From the NCBI GenBank assembly GCA_031423155.1, contig JANPEZ010000010.1, positions 5,872 through 69,871 of the forward strand: a stretch of 64,000 nt of DNA. Direction: 5' to 3'. Position numbers and translations under genes: made by a program. Position 1 is the first letter of the stretch. Each line of letters opens with the position of its first letter. Below, one piece after another: positions 8,869 to 19,851 of the stretch. This DNA comes from Actinomycetes bacterium (GTDB taxonomy: Bacteria > Actinomycetota > UBA4738 > HRBIN12). The notes below the pieces were generated by a model. The model saw only the letters and a program-made list of their open reading frames with translations, was not told where the DNA came from and made no database searches.

Positions 8869-9429
8869 CTAGCGGACGGTCCAGGTCGGGCGCTCCTCCT
8901 CGTCGATCAGTTGAACGAAGGGAGTTCCGTCCGAAGCCAGACCGACGACCGCCCTAAGTGTCCCTTCGGCGTCGAGCATCCTCATCACCGGCGAACCCTC
9001 GGCGGCCAGACCCAGGCGGACGCGCACCTTGCCGTCCTTGTCGTACAGGCCCATCGTCGGAGTGCCCTGCTGGGCGATCGAGTACACGTGAGCAAGCTCG
9101 CCCTCTTTGATCTGCATGCCCATCGTCGGGCTGGATTCGGAGGCGAGCCCGAACTTGGCGCGGATCCGCCCGTTCTTGTCCCCGAACGCAAGGCTCGCCG
9201 ATCCGTCCGAGGCGAGCCCGAGTGTCGCTCGAACCTTTCCGTCCTCGTCGCCGATGACCAAGCCGGAGGAGCCGTCGGCGAGCAACGCGAACCTGGAGCG
9301 GACGCGGCCACCCGGATCCATCAGCGAGATGGACGGGGAATCATCGCCCGACAGCCCGAGGCGCAGCCGGACGTTGCCGGCCTCATCGACGATCTCGAAA
9401 CCCTCCGCCTGAACGACGCGCTTCTTCAT
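8869..9429 (-). CDS. Hypothetical protein built from 23-aa tandem repeats
   Basis: ~7 copies of D-x-x-G-x-v-R-x-x-l-g-l-x-x-d-G-s-p-x-l-x-l; GGGAG RBS. Confidence 0.8.
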   Translation of the reverse strand: MKKRVVQAEGFEIVDEAGNVRLRLGLSGDDSPSISLMDPGGRVRSRFALLADGSSGLVIGDEDGKVRATLGLASDGSASLAFGDKNGRIRAKFGLASESSPTMGMQIKEGELAHVYSIAQQGTPTMGLYDKDGKVRVRLGLAAEGSPVMRMLDAEGTLRAVVGLASDGTPFVQLIDEEERPTWTVR

Positions 9430-9578
9430 AGCTCCCGGCGTCTCGCGGGAAGGTCGCGGCGGCCACCGCGCGTTAGCGAGACGCGTTGCGTAGCATCGCC
9501 CGTCGCGCGGGCCGCGTAAAGCACCGGGAAAGCGAGAAACCGCCGGAACCCGGGGGCCCCAGCGGTCTCTCGGGACGA

Positions 9579-9608
9579 ACCATATGCCGGTGCAAGTCGG
9601 GCGGTCAA
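9579..9608 (-). promoter_or_regulatory. Putative sigma70-type promoter for the repeat-protein gene
   Basis: TTGACC (9603-9608), 18-nt spacer, TATGGT (9579-9584) on the minus strand. Confidence 0.55.
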
Positions 9609-9627
9609 ACCCGATCCGCCGGTTTTG

Positions 9628-10743
9628 TCACTCTTTGTTCCGGAGGGTCTCGGCCCGCAGGGTGCAAGCCTCGAGACGCTCCTTCCTCGGGATCACGCCT
9701 ATCCCAGGTCCCCCAGGCACCACCATCGTCCCGTCGGGATCCATAACGAAGGGCTCGGTGATGTCGTCCGTGAAGTACCGGCTCGAGGCGCTCGTGTCGC
9801 CCGGAAGGGTGAACCCCGGCAGAGCGGCCAAGGCCAGGTTCGAGGCCCTCCCGATACCGGTCTCGAGCATGCCGCCGCACCAGACGGGCACACCCGCCGC
9901 GCGCGCCACATCGTGGACCTGCTTGGCTTGGAGCAGCCCCCCTACCCTTCCCTGCTTGATGTTGATGATCCTGCAGGAACCCAGTTCCAGGGCTGCGGCC
10001 GCCCGAGCCGGCGAACGGATCGATTCGTCGAGGCAGATGTCTGTGGAGACCTGGGTCTGGAGCCTGGCGTGGTCAACGAGGTCGTCGTAGTGAAGGGGTT
10101 GCTCGATCATCAGCAGATCGAGGCCGTCCAACTCCTTGAAGATGCCGACATCGGCCAGGGTGTACGCCGCGTTGGCGTCGACTGACAGCAGGATGTCCGG
10201 GTGCGCCTCGCGGACCGCGCGGACCCTTTCCACATCCAGGCCCGGCTCGATCTTCAGCTTGATCCGCTGGTAGCCCTCAGCCAGGTAGCCAGCGACCTGA
10301 TCGAGCAGTTGTGCCGTCGTGTCGGTGATCCCCACGGAGACTCCGCAGGCCACTCGGTCCGTTGCCGCTCCTAGATGCTCTGCTAGAGAGCGGTTCTCGG
10401 CCCGAAGCTCCGCGTCGAGAAGAGCGTTGATCAGGGCCGCCTTGGCCATGGGGTTACCGCGCACACCGGCCAGGACGTGATCGATGTCGCCGGTCGAGAC
10501 GTCGCCGGCGGCGAAGATCGCCGGTGCCAAGAAGTCGCGGATCGCCAGCCAGGCGCCCTCGTTGAACTCCTCGGAGAAACCCGGGTCGATGCCGGTGACC
10601 GACTCTCCCCAGCCCTCGGCATCCTCGGTCTCGACCCTGACGAGGATGCAGACCTTCTCGGTCTCGACCCCCATGCTCGTGCGGAAAGGCCGCACCAGAG
10701 GCAGCCCGATCATCCTCAACTCGATCGCGTGGACCTTCGTCAC
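9628..10743 (-). CDS. menC: o-succinylbenzoate synthase / N-succinylamino acid racemase (OSBS/NSAR, enolase superfamily)
   Basis: 'RIKLKIEPG', 'VDANAAY', 'IEQPL', 'LDESI', 'INIKQGRVGG', 'WCGGMLETGIGRA'. Confidence 0.9.
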   Translation of the reverse strand: MTKVHAIELRMIGLPLVRPFRTSMGVETEKVCILVRVETEDAEGWGESVTGIDPGFSEEFNEGAWLAIRDFLAPAIFAAGDVSTGDIDHVLAGVRGNPMAKAALINALLDAELRAENRSLAEHLGAATDRVACGVSVGITDTTAQLLDQVAGYLAEGYQRIKLKIEPGLDVERVRAVREAHPDILLSVDANAAYTLADVGIFKELDGLDLLMIEQPLHYDDLVDHARLQTQVSTDICLDESIRSPARAAAALELGSCRIINIKQGRVGGLLQAKQVHDVARAAGVPVWCGGMLETGIGRASNLALAALPGFTLPGDTSASSRYFTDDITEPFVMDPDGTMVVPGGPGIGVIPRKERLEACTLRAETLRNKE

Positions 10744-11492
10744 GGGCCGACATCCTCCGGTCGCGTGAAGTGATAGGTCGAAGCATCCTTGTCGAAAGCG
10801 GCGACGATGAGGCCTGCGGCCATGCGTTCCTCGATGGCGGCCGCGATCTCATCGCGTTCCGTGCCCGCCCGCGATGGATCCCCGGCTCGCAGCGCTTCGT
10901 AGTCGCGTGGCACCGCCACTTGCTCGAAGAGGCCGGGGATGGCTCGGGGGCCCGGCTCTCGCCGAAGGTCCCAGCGGACCACGAACCTGTCGGAGCGTTC
11001 GCCGGCGTTCAGCGAATCGGTCATCTGCCCGTAGAAGTTGCGGTGGAAGCGATCTGCGACACAGCCGAGCTTGTTCAGGTTCAGATGGGCGTTGCGGGCG
11101 ACCATCGGATCGAACGTCCATCGGACGACCTCGATGCCTTGATCCAGGGCCTGGGCCCGCTGGGCGAGCTTCAACGCGGTACCGACCCCGGCGTGTCTGC
11201 GATCGGGCAGAGCCGCCAACATGTGCGAGTGGATGTGCAAGCCGCCCTCGTCCACGCCCGCCCAACCAAGGACGTAGCCGATGAGCTCGTCGCTGTCCGA
11301 AGCGCCGTAGGGAACGTTCCCGCTCTCAGAGAACGCCCTGAACATCTCGCGCGGGATCAGCTGATGCTCGCCCCAGGTCGCGATCATGACGTGCAGGATC
11401 CGATCGGCGTCCTCGAGCTCAGTGAGAGGGGCGAGCCTGACCCCCGCCGCGGCCGCAGCCGCGTGCGCCAGGTCCCATGGGGTGGTTCCCAA
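10740..11492 (-). CDS. GNAT N-acyl(succinyl)transferase coupled to NSAR
   Basis: 'HSHMLA..P..R..GVGTALKLAQR', 'WTFDP...NA.LNL.KLG', 'SDRF.V.W'; stop overlaps the NSAR start; start (TTG 11492) uncertain. Confidence 0.85.
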   Translation of the reverse strand: MGTTPWDLAHAAAAAAGVRLAPLTELEDADRILHVMIATWGEHQLIPREMFRAFSESGNVPYGASDSDELIGYVLGWAGVDEGGLHIHSHMLAALPDRRHAGVGTALKLAQRAQALDQGIEVVRWTFDPMVARNAHLNLNKLGCVADRFHRNFYGQMTDSLNAGERSDRFVVRWDLRREPGPRAIPGLFEQVAVPRDYEALRAGDPSRAGTERDEIAAAIEERMAAGLIVAAFDKDASTYHFTRPEDVGP

Positions 11493-11500
11493 CAGGGTTC

Positions 11501-11674
11501 TTAGCCGCCGGCCGGCGGCGGCAGCTCCTGCCACTCGGTGTCGTCGAGGTCAGACCCGCGGCGGCGCTTCACGAACTGCACCACGGCGGCCACGATCGCT
11601 CCGATGAACGCAAGCTTCATGAGCTTGCGGAAGAACCCGCCCTTCTTCTCCGTGCCTTCCTTGTCGTCAGCCAT
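11501..11674 (-). CDS. Small single-TM protein after tRNA-Ile (DLW-39-like position), 57 aa
   Basis: AGGAG RBS; MADDKEGTEKKGGFFRKLMKLAFIGAIVAAVVQFVKRRRGSDLDDTEWQELPPPAGG*; absent from the ORF track. Confidence 0.7.
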   Translation of the reverse strand: MADDKEGTEKKGGFFRKLMKLAFIGAIVAAVVQFVKRRRGSDLDDTEWQELPPPAGG

Positions 11675-11696
11675 TGGGATCCTCTCCTTCCGGGAG

Positions 11697-11771
11697 TGGG
11701 CCTGGATGGACTTGAACCATCGACCTCTTCCTTATCAGGGAAGCGCTCTAACCGAGCTGAGCTACAGGCCC
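11697..11771 (-). tRNA. tRNA-Ile(GAT), CCA not encoded
   Basis: Reverse complement GGGCCTGTAGCTCAGCTCGGTTAGAGCGCTTCCCTGATAAGGAAGAGGTCGATGGTTCAAGTCCATCCAGGCCCA; cloverleaf with GAT anticodon. Confidence 0.97.
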
Positions 11772-11851
11772 GAGTATGAAAACTGGGGTCGGCAGTCCGG
11801 CCCGGGGGCCAGCGTAGCCACGCCCCTGAAACTGTGTCAAACGGTTAGGGC

Positions 11852-12331
11852 TCAGCGCTTCTCGGCCAGGGTGATCTCGACGCCTCCGACGATGTCCGAG
11901 ATCAGGTTGTATAGGAACGTCAGGACTACGTTGATGAGTGACCAGATGACCACCATCGCGCATCCGGCCACGAAGAGCCTCTGGAATATCCAGACCGAGT
12001 CGATGCTGAACGCGTTCTCGTTGTTGAAGTCGGCAAGGGTCGACTCGATGTGGTCGATGACACCGACGGCGCTGAGCGCCGAGTAGAGGAAGACCAGTCC
12101 GAGGAAGACCACGAGCATGGTGCAGAAGTAGAAGATCAAGGACACTTTGAGCACGGATAGCGGCCCGACCTTGCGCACGACCACGCGCGTGCGCCTAGGC
12201 GCGGAACGCCCACGCCGGCTCTCCGGGGCCCGCTGAGCGTGCGTGGGAGGCAGCGCATCTGCCTGCGGTGTCTCGCTCGGTTGGGTGGAACCGGGTTCCT
12301 CGACCGTCTGGGCCATCAGCCTTCCCGTCAT
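11852..12331 (-). CDS. DUF3566 membrane protein
   Basis: 'VRKVGPLSVLKVSL' ... 'LYNLISDIVGGVEITL'; usual position between gyrA and tRNA-Ile; start uncertain (12331 or 12316). Confidence 0.88.
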   Translation of the reverse strand: MTGRLMAQTVEEPGSTQPSETPQADALPPTHAQRAPESRRGRSAPRRTRVVVRKVGPLSVLKVSLIFYFCTMLVVFLGLVFLYSALSAVGVIDHIESTLADFNNENAFSIDSVWIFQRLFVAGCAMVVIWSLINVVLTFLYNLISDIVGGVEITLAEKR

Positions 12332-12387
12332 CGATGGTCTCGAAGAGGTTGTAAGGGTACGGCAACCCCGGGGCAAGTACCCGGTGC

Positions 12388-12642
12388 CTAGGTCCTCAGC
12401 GGGCCCTTCCCCTTGAAGAGAAAGCGGGCGTGCAGGTAGAAGATCCCGGCGAGCACGACCGGAGCTCCGATCCACTCGGCGGTGAGGACCTGATCCTGCA
12501 GCATGAGCCCTCCGACGCCGGCCAGTGCGCCGCCCGCCGCCAGCGCCAGATCCGCCGGGACGCGAGGCAGCCGAGGATGAAGCAGCGCTAGCGCTACCGT
12601 CGAAAGACCGGCAAGTACGAGAACAGCGACCCCAGCATCCAC
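12388..12642 (-). CDS. Small hypothetical membrane protein (~84 aa, 3 TM)
   Basis: Hydrophobic C-terminal part of ORF 12388..13155; GTG 12642 lies 6 nt after a GATAAT -10-like element. Confidence 0.6.
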   Translation of the reverse strand: MDAGVAVLVLAGLSTVALALLHPRLPRVPADLALAAGGALAGVGGLMLQDQVLTAEWIGAPVVLAGIFYLHARFLFKGKGPLRT

Positions 12643-12663
12643 TACTCGATTATCGTCCGTCGC

Positions 12664-13860
12664 GTGAACGGCGCCAGCCCGATACAGCCGGACCTGAGGA
12701 GGATCCTTTGGATCCAGGCGCTCCGGGCATCCGTATACGGCTTCGGGGTCGTCGTGCTGGGAACGGCGCTGGGGCGCTCGGGTCTTTCGAACGCACAGGT
12801 CACGGTCGTCTTCACGGCGATGCTCGCGGGGATGGCTCTGGCATCGGTCCTGGTCGCCGCCTTCGGTGACCGCATCGGCCGCAGGAGGCTCTATGCCGGA
12901 CTGCTGGCACTGATGGGGGTGGTCGGCGTCGCCTTCGCCCTCAGCGGCAACGTCTGGGTCCTTTCCCTCGTCGCGCTTACGGGCACGATGTCCACCGACG
13001 CGAACGAGTCCGGACCCATCACCTCTTTGGAGCAGGCGATGATCGGCCAGGCGCCCGCTGCCGAGAGGATCCACGTCTTCGGTCGCTACAACGCCGTTGC
13101 ATACCTGGCCGGAGCGCTCGGGTCGCTTGCGGCCGGTGGCCCGGCGTTCCTGCATCGTCTATGGGCAGGTGCGCCCGACGATCAGCACTGGCTCCTGGTC
13201 TTCCCAGCGATAGCAGCGGTGAGTGTCTGGCTCGCGCTGCGCCTGTCTCCTGCCATGGAGCCGGTCGGCGGAGGGGCCGTTAAGTCTCTGGAACGATCTC
13301 GCGCCAAGGTGATCAAGCTCTCGAGCCTGTTCGCAACGGACGCCTTCGCCGGTGGCTTCGTCGTCTCTTCGTTCATGACCTTCTGGTTCGCCCGTCGTTT
13401 CGGGGCAAGCCCGGAGCTCATGAGCATCGTCTTCTTCCTGGGAGGTTTACTGCAGGCGGGATCGGCGATAGTTGCGGCTCGCGTCGGGGCGAGGTTCGGC
13501 CTTCTCAACACCATGGTCTTTTCGCACCTACCGTCGAACCTGCTGCTGATCGCCGTCGCGCTGATGCCCTCTATCGGTCCGGCCCTGGTGTTCTTGATCG
13601 TCCGCTTCGCGTTGTCACAGATGGACGTACCCACCCGCCAGGCCTACATCGCCGCGATGGTCGACCCGGACGAACGGACCGCTGCGGCTGCCGTCACCAA
13701 CACCTCGCGTTACGTCGCAAGGCCTTTCGGCCAGTTACTCGGAGGGGTCCTGATGACCAACGTGGCGATCGGCGCGCCCTTCGTGGTGGCGGGCAGCATC
13801 AAGTGCGTCTACGACGTGCTCCTTTGGAGGGTCTTCAGGCGGGTAGAGCTGCCGTCTTGA
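12664..13860 (+). CDS. MFS transporter
   Basis: ~12 TM; motif A 'GDRIGRRR'; 'LSQMDVPTRQAY'. Confidence 0.9.
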   Translation: MNGASPIQPDLRRILWIQALRASVYGFGVVVLGTALGRSGLSNAQVTVVFTAMLAGMALASVLVAAFGDRIGRRRLYAGLLALMGVVGVAFALSGNVWVLSLVALTGTMSTDANESGPITSLEQAMIGQAPAAERIHVFGRYNAVAYLAGALGSLAAGGPAFLHRLWAGAPDDQHWLLVFPAIAAVSVWLALRLSPAMEPVGGGAVKSLERSRAKVIKLSSLFATDAFAGGFVVSSFMTFWFARRFGASPELMSIVFFLGGLLQAGSAIVAARVGARFGLLNTMVFSHLPSNLLLIAVALMPSIGPALVFLIVRFALSQMDVPTRQAYIAAMVDPDERTAAAAVTNTSRYVARPFGQLLGGVLMTNVAIGAPFVVAGSIKCVYDVLLWRVFRRVELPS

Positions 13861-13866
13861 AGCGGC

Positions 13867-16314
13867 CTACTCCTCGTCGTCCATCTGGGTGATGACGGGG
13901 GCCAGCGCCACAACCGTCGCGCCCTCTTCGACGCGCATGGTTCGCACGCCCTGGCTGGCTCGGCCGACGCGGCGGATGTCCGAAGCCGTGACGCGGATAA
14001 CGATCCCGCTGGAGGAGATGACGAACATGTCCTCGTCCTTGGTACCGACGTAGGCGCCGGCGAGAACCCCCGTCTTGGTCGTGAGCTGATGGCCGATGAC
14101 GCCCTTGCCGCCGCGGCCTTTCGTCGGGTAGTCGGCGAGCTTGGAACGCTTGCCGTAACCCTGCTCGGTGACGCTGATCAGCTCCTCTCCTTCGGAGGCC
14201 AGGCCGATCGCGATGACGTTGTCCCCTTCGGCCAGGCGCATGCCGATGACCCCGGCGGTTCCGCGGCCCATCGGCCGGGCGGTGGTCTCCTTGAATCGGA
14301 TCGCCTGGCCCTTTCTGGATACCAGCAGCACGTCGTCCTTGCCGTCAGTCAGCCGCACGTCCATGAGCTCGTCTCTGGGCTTCAGGTTGATGGCGATCAG
14401 CCCGCTGCGGGGTGAGTCGTACTCGGGCAGCGCGGTCTTCTTGACCATCCCGTTCTTCGTGGCGAAGAGCAGGAATCGGTCCTTGGCGTACTCCTTCAGA
14501 TCGATCACGGCACTGATCTTCTCGTCACCGTCCAGGGCTACCCCGGGCAGGTTCGCGGCGTACAGCCCCCTGGCCGTCTTGGAGGATTCGGGGATCTCGT
14601 GAGCCTTGACCCGGTAGACCTTGCCCTTGGTCGTGAAGAACAGCATCCAGTGGTGAGTGGTCGTCGTGAAGACGTTCTTGACGACGTCCTCTTCTTTCAG
14701 GTTCTGGCCTCGGACGCCGCGGCCGCCGCGGCCCTGGCGCTTGAAGGCGTCCACCGGCAGGCGCTTCACATAGCCGGCGCGGCTGACCGTGATGATCACG
14801 TCCGTCTCGGCGATGAGGTCCTCGACGTCGAAGTCGCCCTCGTCGGCGCGGATCTGCGTCCGGCGGGGGTTCGCGTGCTTCTTGCGGATCTCGGCAAGCT
14901 CTTCCTTGATGACTCCGCGCAGCTTCTTCGGGTCCTTGAGCAGGGAGTTCAGGTACTCGATCTTGGCGAGCAGGTCCTTGTGCTCCTGGTCGAGCTCGGC
15001 GCGAGCCAGCTTCGTCAGCCGGCGAAGGGGCATGTCCAGGATGTGGTTCGCTTGTATCTCCGAGAGCTTGAACTTCTTCATCAGCGCCGTGCGGGCGGCC
15101 TCGGCGTCGGCCGAACCTCTGATGATCTTGATGACTTCGTCGAGGTGATCGAGCGCGATCAGAAGGCCGAGCACGATGTGGTCGCGCTCCTCGGCCCTGC
15201 GCTTGTCGTACTTCGTGCGGCGCGTTACTACGTCGACCTGGTGATCGACGTAGTAGCCGATCATCTCGTCCAACCGCAGCGTCTTCGGAACGTTGTCGAC
15301 CAGGGACAGCATGATCACTCCGAAGGAGTCCTGGAGCTGGGTCTGCTTGTATAGCTGGTTGAGCACGACCTGAGCGTTCGCGCCTCGTTTGCACTCGACG
15401 ACCAGGCGCATCCCCTCGCGGTTGGATTCGTCCTTCAGGTCCGCGATGTCTTTGAGCTTGCCCGTCTTGACCAACTCGGCGATCTTCTCGGCCAGCCGCG
15501 CCTTGTTGACCTGATACGGCAGCTCGGTGACGACGATCCTGGACCTTCCGTTGCTGCCTTCCTCGATCTGTGAAACCGCACGAACCTTGATCGATCCGCG
15601 CCCGGTTTCGTAAGCGTCGCGTATCCCCTGGCGGCCCATGATGGTGGCCCCGGTCGGAAAGTCCGGACCCTTGATGAACTTCATCAGATCCTCTGCCGTG
15701 GCTTCGGGGTTCTCCAGGAAATGCACCGCGGCGTCGATCACCTCGCCGAGGTTGTGAGGGGGGATGTTGGTCGCCATCCCCACCGCGATACCCGCGGCGC
15801 CGTTGACGAGTAGGTTCGGGAAGCGCGAGGGCAGAACGGTCGGCTCCTGCTCGTACCCGTCGAAGTTCGGCACGAAGTCCACGGTCTCCGCGTCGATGTC
15901 GCGGAGCATCTCCATGGCGATGGGCGCGAGGCGGGCCTCGGTGTACCTGTAGGCCGCCGCCGGGTCGCCGTCGACCGACCCGAAGTTCCCGTGCCCGTCG
16001 ACGAGCGGAACCCGCAGCGACCAGTCCTGAGCCATGCGGACCAACGCGTCGTATACCGACTGGTCGCCGTGGGGGTGGTACTTCTTGAGAACCTCGCCCA
16101 CGGCCGAGACCGACTTGCGGTGAGGCCGGTCCGGGCGCAGGCCCGACTCGAACATCGACCACAAGATCCGTCGGTGCACGGGCTTCAGTCCGTCTCGGAC
16201 CTCCGGCAGGGCTCGCCCGACGATGACCGACATCGCATAGTCGAGGTAGGACCGCTGGATCTCGTCCTCGAGCTGGATCTGCTCGACGCGTCCCGCGAAG
16301 AGGTTCTGCGACAC
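13867..16314 (-). CDS. gyrA: DNA gyrase subunit A
   Basis: '[15 protein letters not shown]', 'YHPHGD', 'AAYRYTEAR', GyrA-box 'QGRGGRG', CTD propeller repeats. Confidence 0.98.
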   Translation of the reverse strand: MSQNLFAGRVEQIQLEDEIQRSYLDYAMSVIVGRALPEVRDGLKPVHRRILWSMFESGLRPDRPHRKSVSAVGEVLKKYHPHGDQSVYDALVRMAQDWSLRVPLVDGHGNFGSVDGDPAAAYRYTEARLAPIAMEMLRDIDAETVDFVPNFDGYEQEPTVLPSRFPNLLVNGAAGIAVGMATNIPPHNLGEVIDAAVHFLENPEATAEDLMKFIKGPDFPTGATIMGRQGIRDAYETGRGSIKVRAVSQIEEGSNGRSRIVVTELPYQVNKARLAEKIAELVKTGKLKDIADLKDESNREGMRLVVECKRGANAQVVLNQLYKQTQLQDSFGVIMLSLVDNVPKTLRLDEMIGYYVDHQVDVVTRRTKYDKRRAEERDHIVLGLLIALDHLDEVIKIIRGSADAEAARTALMKKFKLSEIQANHILDMPLRRLTKLARAELDQEHKDLLAKIEYLNSLLKDPKKLRGVIKEELAEIRKKHANPRRTQIRADEGDFDVEDLIAETDVIITVSRAGYVKRLPVDAFKRQGRGGRGVRGQNLKEEDVVKNVFTTTTHHWMLFFTTKGKVYRVKAHEIPESSKTARGLYAANLPGVALDGDEKISAVIDLKEYAKDRFLLFATKNGMVKKTALPEYDSPRSGLIAINLKPRDELMDVRLTDGKDDVLLVSRKGQAIRFKETTARPMGRGTAGVIGMRLAEGDNVIAIGLASEGEELISVTEQGYGKRSKLADYPTKGRGGKGVIGHQLTTKTGVLAGAYVGTKDEDMFVISSSGIVIRVTASDIRRVGRASQGVRTMRVEEGATVVALAPVITQMDDEE

Positions 16315-16327
16315 CTAGCTCCCCCGC

Positions 16328-18349
<2,022 letters not shown>

Positions 18350-18395
18350 TCACAGGTGACATTGAGGTGCGATTCGAGAGGCCGTTTCGGGCCAT

Positions 18396-18737
18396 CTACC
18401 TGCTGTTTCGCACCACTATCCGCACCTTGGAGATCCGCTCGGAGCCGAGGGCCTCATTGGCCTTCTTCCGGATCTCCTCGTTGAGGAATCGGGCTTGGGC
18501 TCCCCAGGTTCCATCGGTTGCGGAAACGATCAGAACACCGGACTCAAGACTCGCCGGAGCCGTCTCCGTCGAGAGCCTTTCGCCCACGACCTGGGGCCAC
18601 ATCGAAGCCAAGCGCCCGACCTCCATACCCCTTGCGAACAGCTGTTCTTTGAGCAATCCGTCGAAGATGTCGCCGATCGAGGACCCTTCGGAACTGCGAG
18701 CATCCTTGCGTTTGCTCCAGCCCTTGGACGTCGGCAT
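18396..18737 (-). CDS. DUF721 / DciA family helicase-loader protein
   Basis: 'WPQVVGE.L...T.P...E.GVL.VSA....W..Q'; located between recF and gyrB. Confidence 0.85.
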   Translation of the reverse strand: MPTSKGWSKRKDARSSEGSSIGDIFDGLLKEQLFARGMEVGRLASMWPQVVGERLSTETAPASLESGVLIVSATDGTWGAQARFLNEEIRKKANEALGSERISKVRIVVRNSR

Positions 18738-18738
18738 G

Positions 18739-19833
18739 TCAGAACCCTCTCACTGTGACGGAGCCCGCTTCGACGTCCCAGATCGCCGTCGAAGCCGCCG
18801 GCACATCGGCATCGTCGGCGACACTTACGGCGACCTGCCCGCCCCAGGTGGCCAGATGTTCGCCCACCTGATCGCGCCGGCGAGGATCGAGTGCGCTGAA
18901 CGGATCATCGACGAGGAGAACCGGCGGTTCGCCCACTTCATCTCGGATCGCCGAGGCCAGGCCGAGCCGAAGGCAGAGGGCGGCGGCCCAAGCCTCCCCG
19001 TGACTCGCGAAGGATCGCGCTCCCAGATCGCGCACGGCAAGGGTCAGGTCGTCCCGGTGGGGACCGACGAGGGATGTCCGGCGAGCCAGTTCGTCCTGGC
19101 GGCGATCCTCGATGCAGCCTCGGAAGGCCGCCTCCAGATCGCCCGTTGCAGCCACGCTCGGGGCGTACTCGCACGCCAGCTCGTAGTGGGCGAGCCAGGT
19201 GAACTCGGCGGAGGCGTGCGGGGCAAGGCGGCTCAAGGCCTCCGCACGCCCCCTGGTGAGAGCCGCGCCGGCCTGGACCAGTTCTTCGTCCCAGATCTGC
19301 ATCCCGAGAGGGGTTCCCCGGCCCTCCCACTCCTTCAGGAGACGGTTCCTCTGGCGCAGAGCGCGATCGTAAGCCGTTATCAGCCCTTCCTTGAGGGGCC
19401 AGAGCCCCGTAAGCGCTTCGTCCAGGAAACGGCGCCGATGCGAGGGCTCCCCGCGAACCACGTCCAGGTCGTCGGGGCCGAAGAAGACCGCGCGGACGCG
19501 GCGTTTCAGATCGCGCTTACGCCGAACCGGAGAACGATCGACCTTGACCCTGCTCGCGCCCTGACTCGGTATCTCGACCTCTACCAGGACCCGCCCTGCC
19601 AACGTGTCGACCTCCCCGCGCGCGTAGGCCGCGCTCGCTCCGTGGCGCACCAGGGACGTGTTCGCGGACACACGCGGGGAAGCCAGGGCGAAGACGAAGT
19701 ACATGCCCTCGAGGAGGTTCGTCTTTCCCTCGCCGTTGGGTCCGACAAGGGTGATCAGCCCGGTGGGAACCGGCTCGAGTCGCGTGAGACTGTGGTTCCT
19801 GAAATCACGAAGCTCGACCCAAGACAGTTGCAC
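18739..19833 (-). CDS. recF: DNA replication/repair protein RecF
   Basis: 'DFRNH', Walker A 'GPNGEGKTNLLE', 'GPHRDDL', 'SHGE', 'LVDDPFSALD'. Confidence 0.96.
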   Translation of the reverse strand: MQLSWVELRDFRNHSLTRLEPVPTGLITLVGPNGEGKTNLLEGMYFVFALASPRVSANTSLVRHGASAAYARGEVDTLAGRVLVEVEIPSQGASRVKVDRSPVRRKRDLKRRVRAVFFGPDDLDVVRGEPSHRRRFLDEALTGLWPLKEGLITAYDRALRQRNRLLKEWEGRGTPLGMQIWDEELVQAGAALTRGRAEALSRLAPHASAEFTWLAHYELACEYAPSVAATGDLEAAFRGCIEDRRQDELARRTSLVGPHRDDLTLAVRDLGARSFASHGEAWAAALCLRLGLASAIRDEVGEPPVLLVDDPFSALDPRRRDQVGEHLATWGGQVAVSVADDADVPAASTAIWDVEAGSVTVRGF

Positions 19834-19851
19834 CGCAGGCGATATCCGCCT

